A stretch of 63,967 nt of DNA, counting the filler, from Octopus bimaculoides (lineage: Eukaryota): the NCBI RefSeq assembly GCF_001194135.2. It is 8 parts of 8 records of this genome, joined end to end, with 100 filler letters (N's around TTAATTAATTAA, not from the genome) between each part and the next. Parts side by side here need not be neighbours in the genome. Positions count along the whole stretch, not along the records: positions 62,222 to 63,967 come from NC_068990.1; 7 more parts are not named here. The stretch is one strand, 5' to 3'. Below the pieces are notes generated by a model, which saw only the letters and a program-made list of their open reading frames with translations, was not told where the DNA came from and made no database searches. Positions within the stretch are counted from its first letter, which is position 1, and every line of letters begins with the position of its first letter. Both the position numbers and the translations under genes were made by a program. This document shows, piece by piece, positions 63,553-63,967 of the stretch.

Positions 63553-63967
63553 ATAATGTTGTATTCATCCTGCAACACTACATCCACATCCAATCTCCAG
63601 AACATACAAGCTTATCCACACATCCACGCACACTTACAAACTTTCCTACACACATTGATACATATTATATACTTAGCTGTAAAACATTCTTTTGGTTACA
63701 AAACATCGTTCTGTTCCACGCAGTTGCATTATTTAACCCACATTATTGTCTCCGTAGTAATCATTATCTTTTAGACAACTTTTTCGTTTTTGCTTATTGA
63801 TAAAGGTTCACAGTCCGAAAGCTCAAGTACCCCTCTACTCCTTCATTAACGTGTAAAACTGATTACTTTTTACACCTGTTCTATGTTTTCTCACTTATTT
63901 CCTGAAACATTTTGAGAATATTATACACATTTTACACAGGTTCACATACATACACACATGCATATAT

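Overview
Repeat-dense, AT-rich animal genomic DNA. The SINE families and microsatellite load suggest an octopod cephalopod (inference). The window has many N gaps and seven artificial 100-bp joins (N44-TTAATTAATTAA-N44), so long-range adjacency is not guaranteed. Best-supported gene: four phase-consistent minus-strand exons (31357-26925) encoding the C-terminal part of a divergent ESE/ELF5-EHF-like ETS transcription factor. Other coding candidates: the first coding exon of an SLC2A13/HMIT-like sugar transporter (53952-53493, minus) with no recognisable downstream exons, an orphan 131-aa ORF (15405-15010), and a few weak candidate exons. The rest is mostly transposon debris: Penelope-like (Naiad-type) RT and GIY-YIG remnants, degenerate minimal type I hammerhead ribozymes including an inverted pair, Helitrons (helicase fragment, a 1.9-kb element carrying a telomere-like array, a 91-bp mini element), (TAA)n-associated R4/Dong-like LINEs, RTE fragments, an ORF1-only zinc-knuckle element, DD41D/Tc1/mariner/hAT derivatives, fold-back MITEs and several SINE families, one with an internal VNTR. 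No rRNA, true tRNA gene or CRISPR array is supported.
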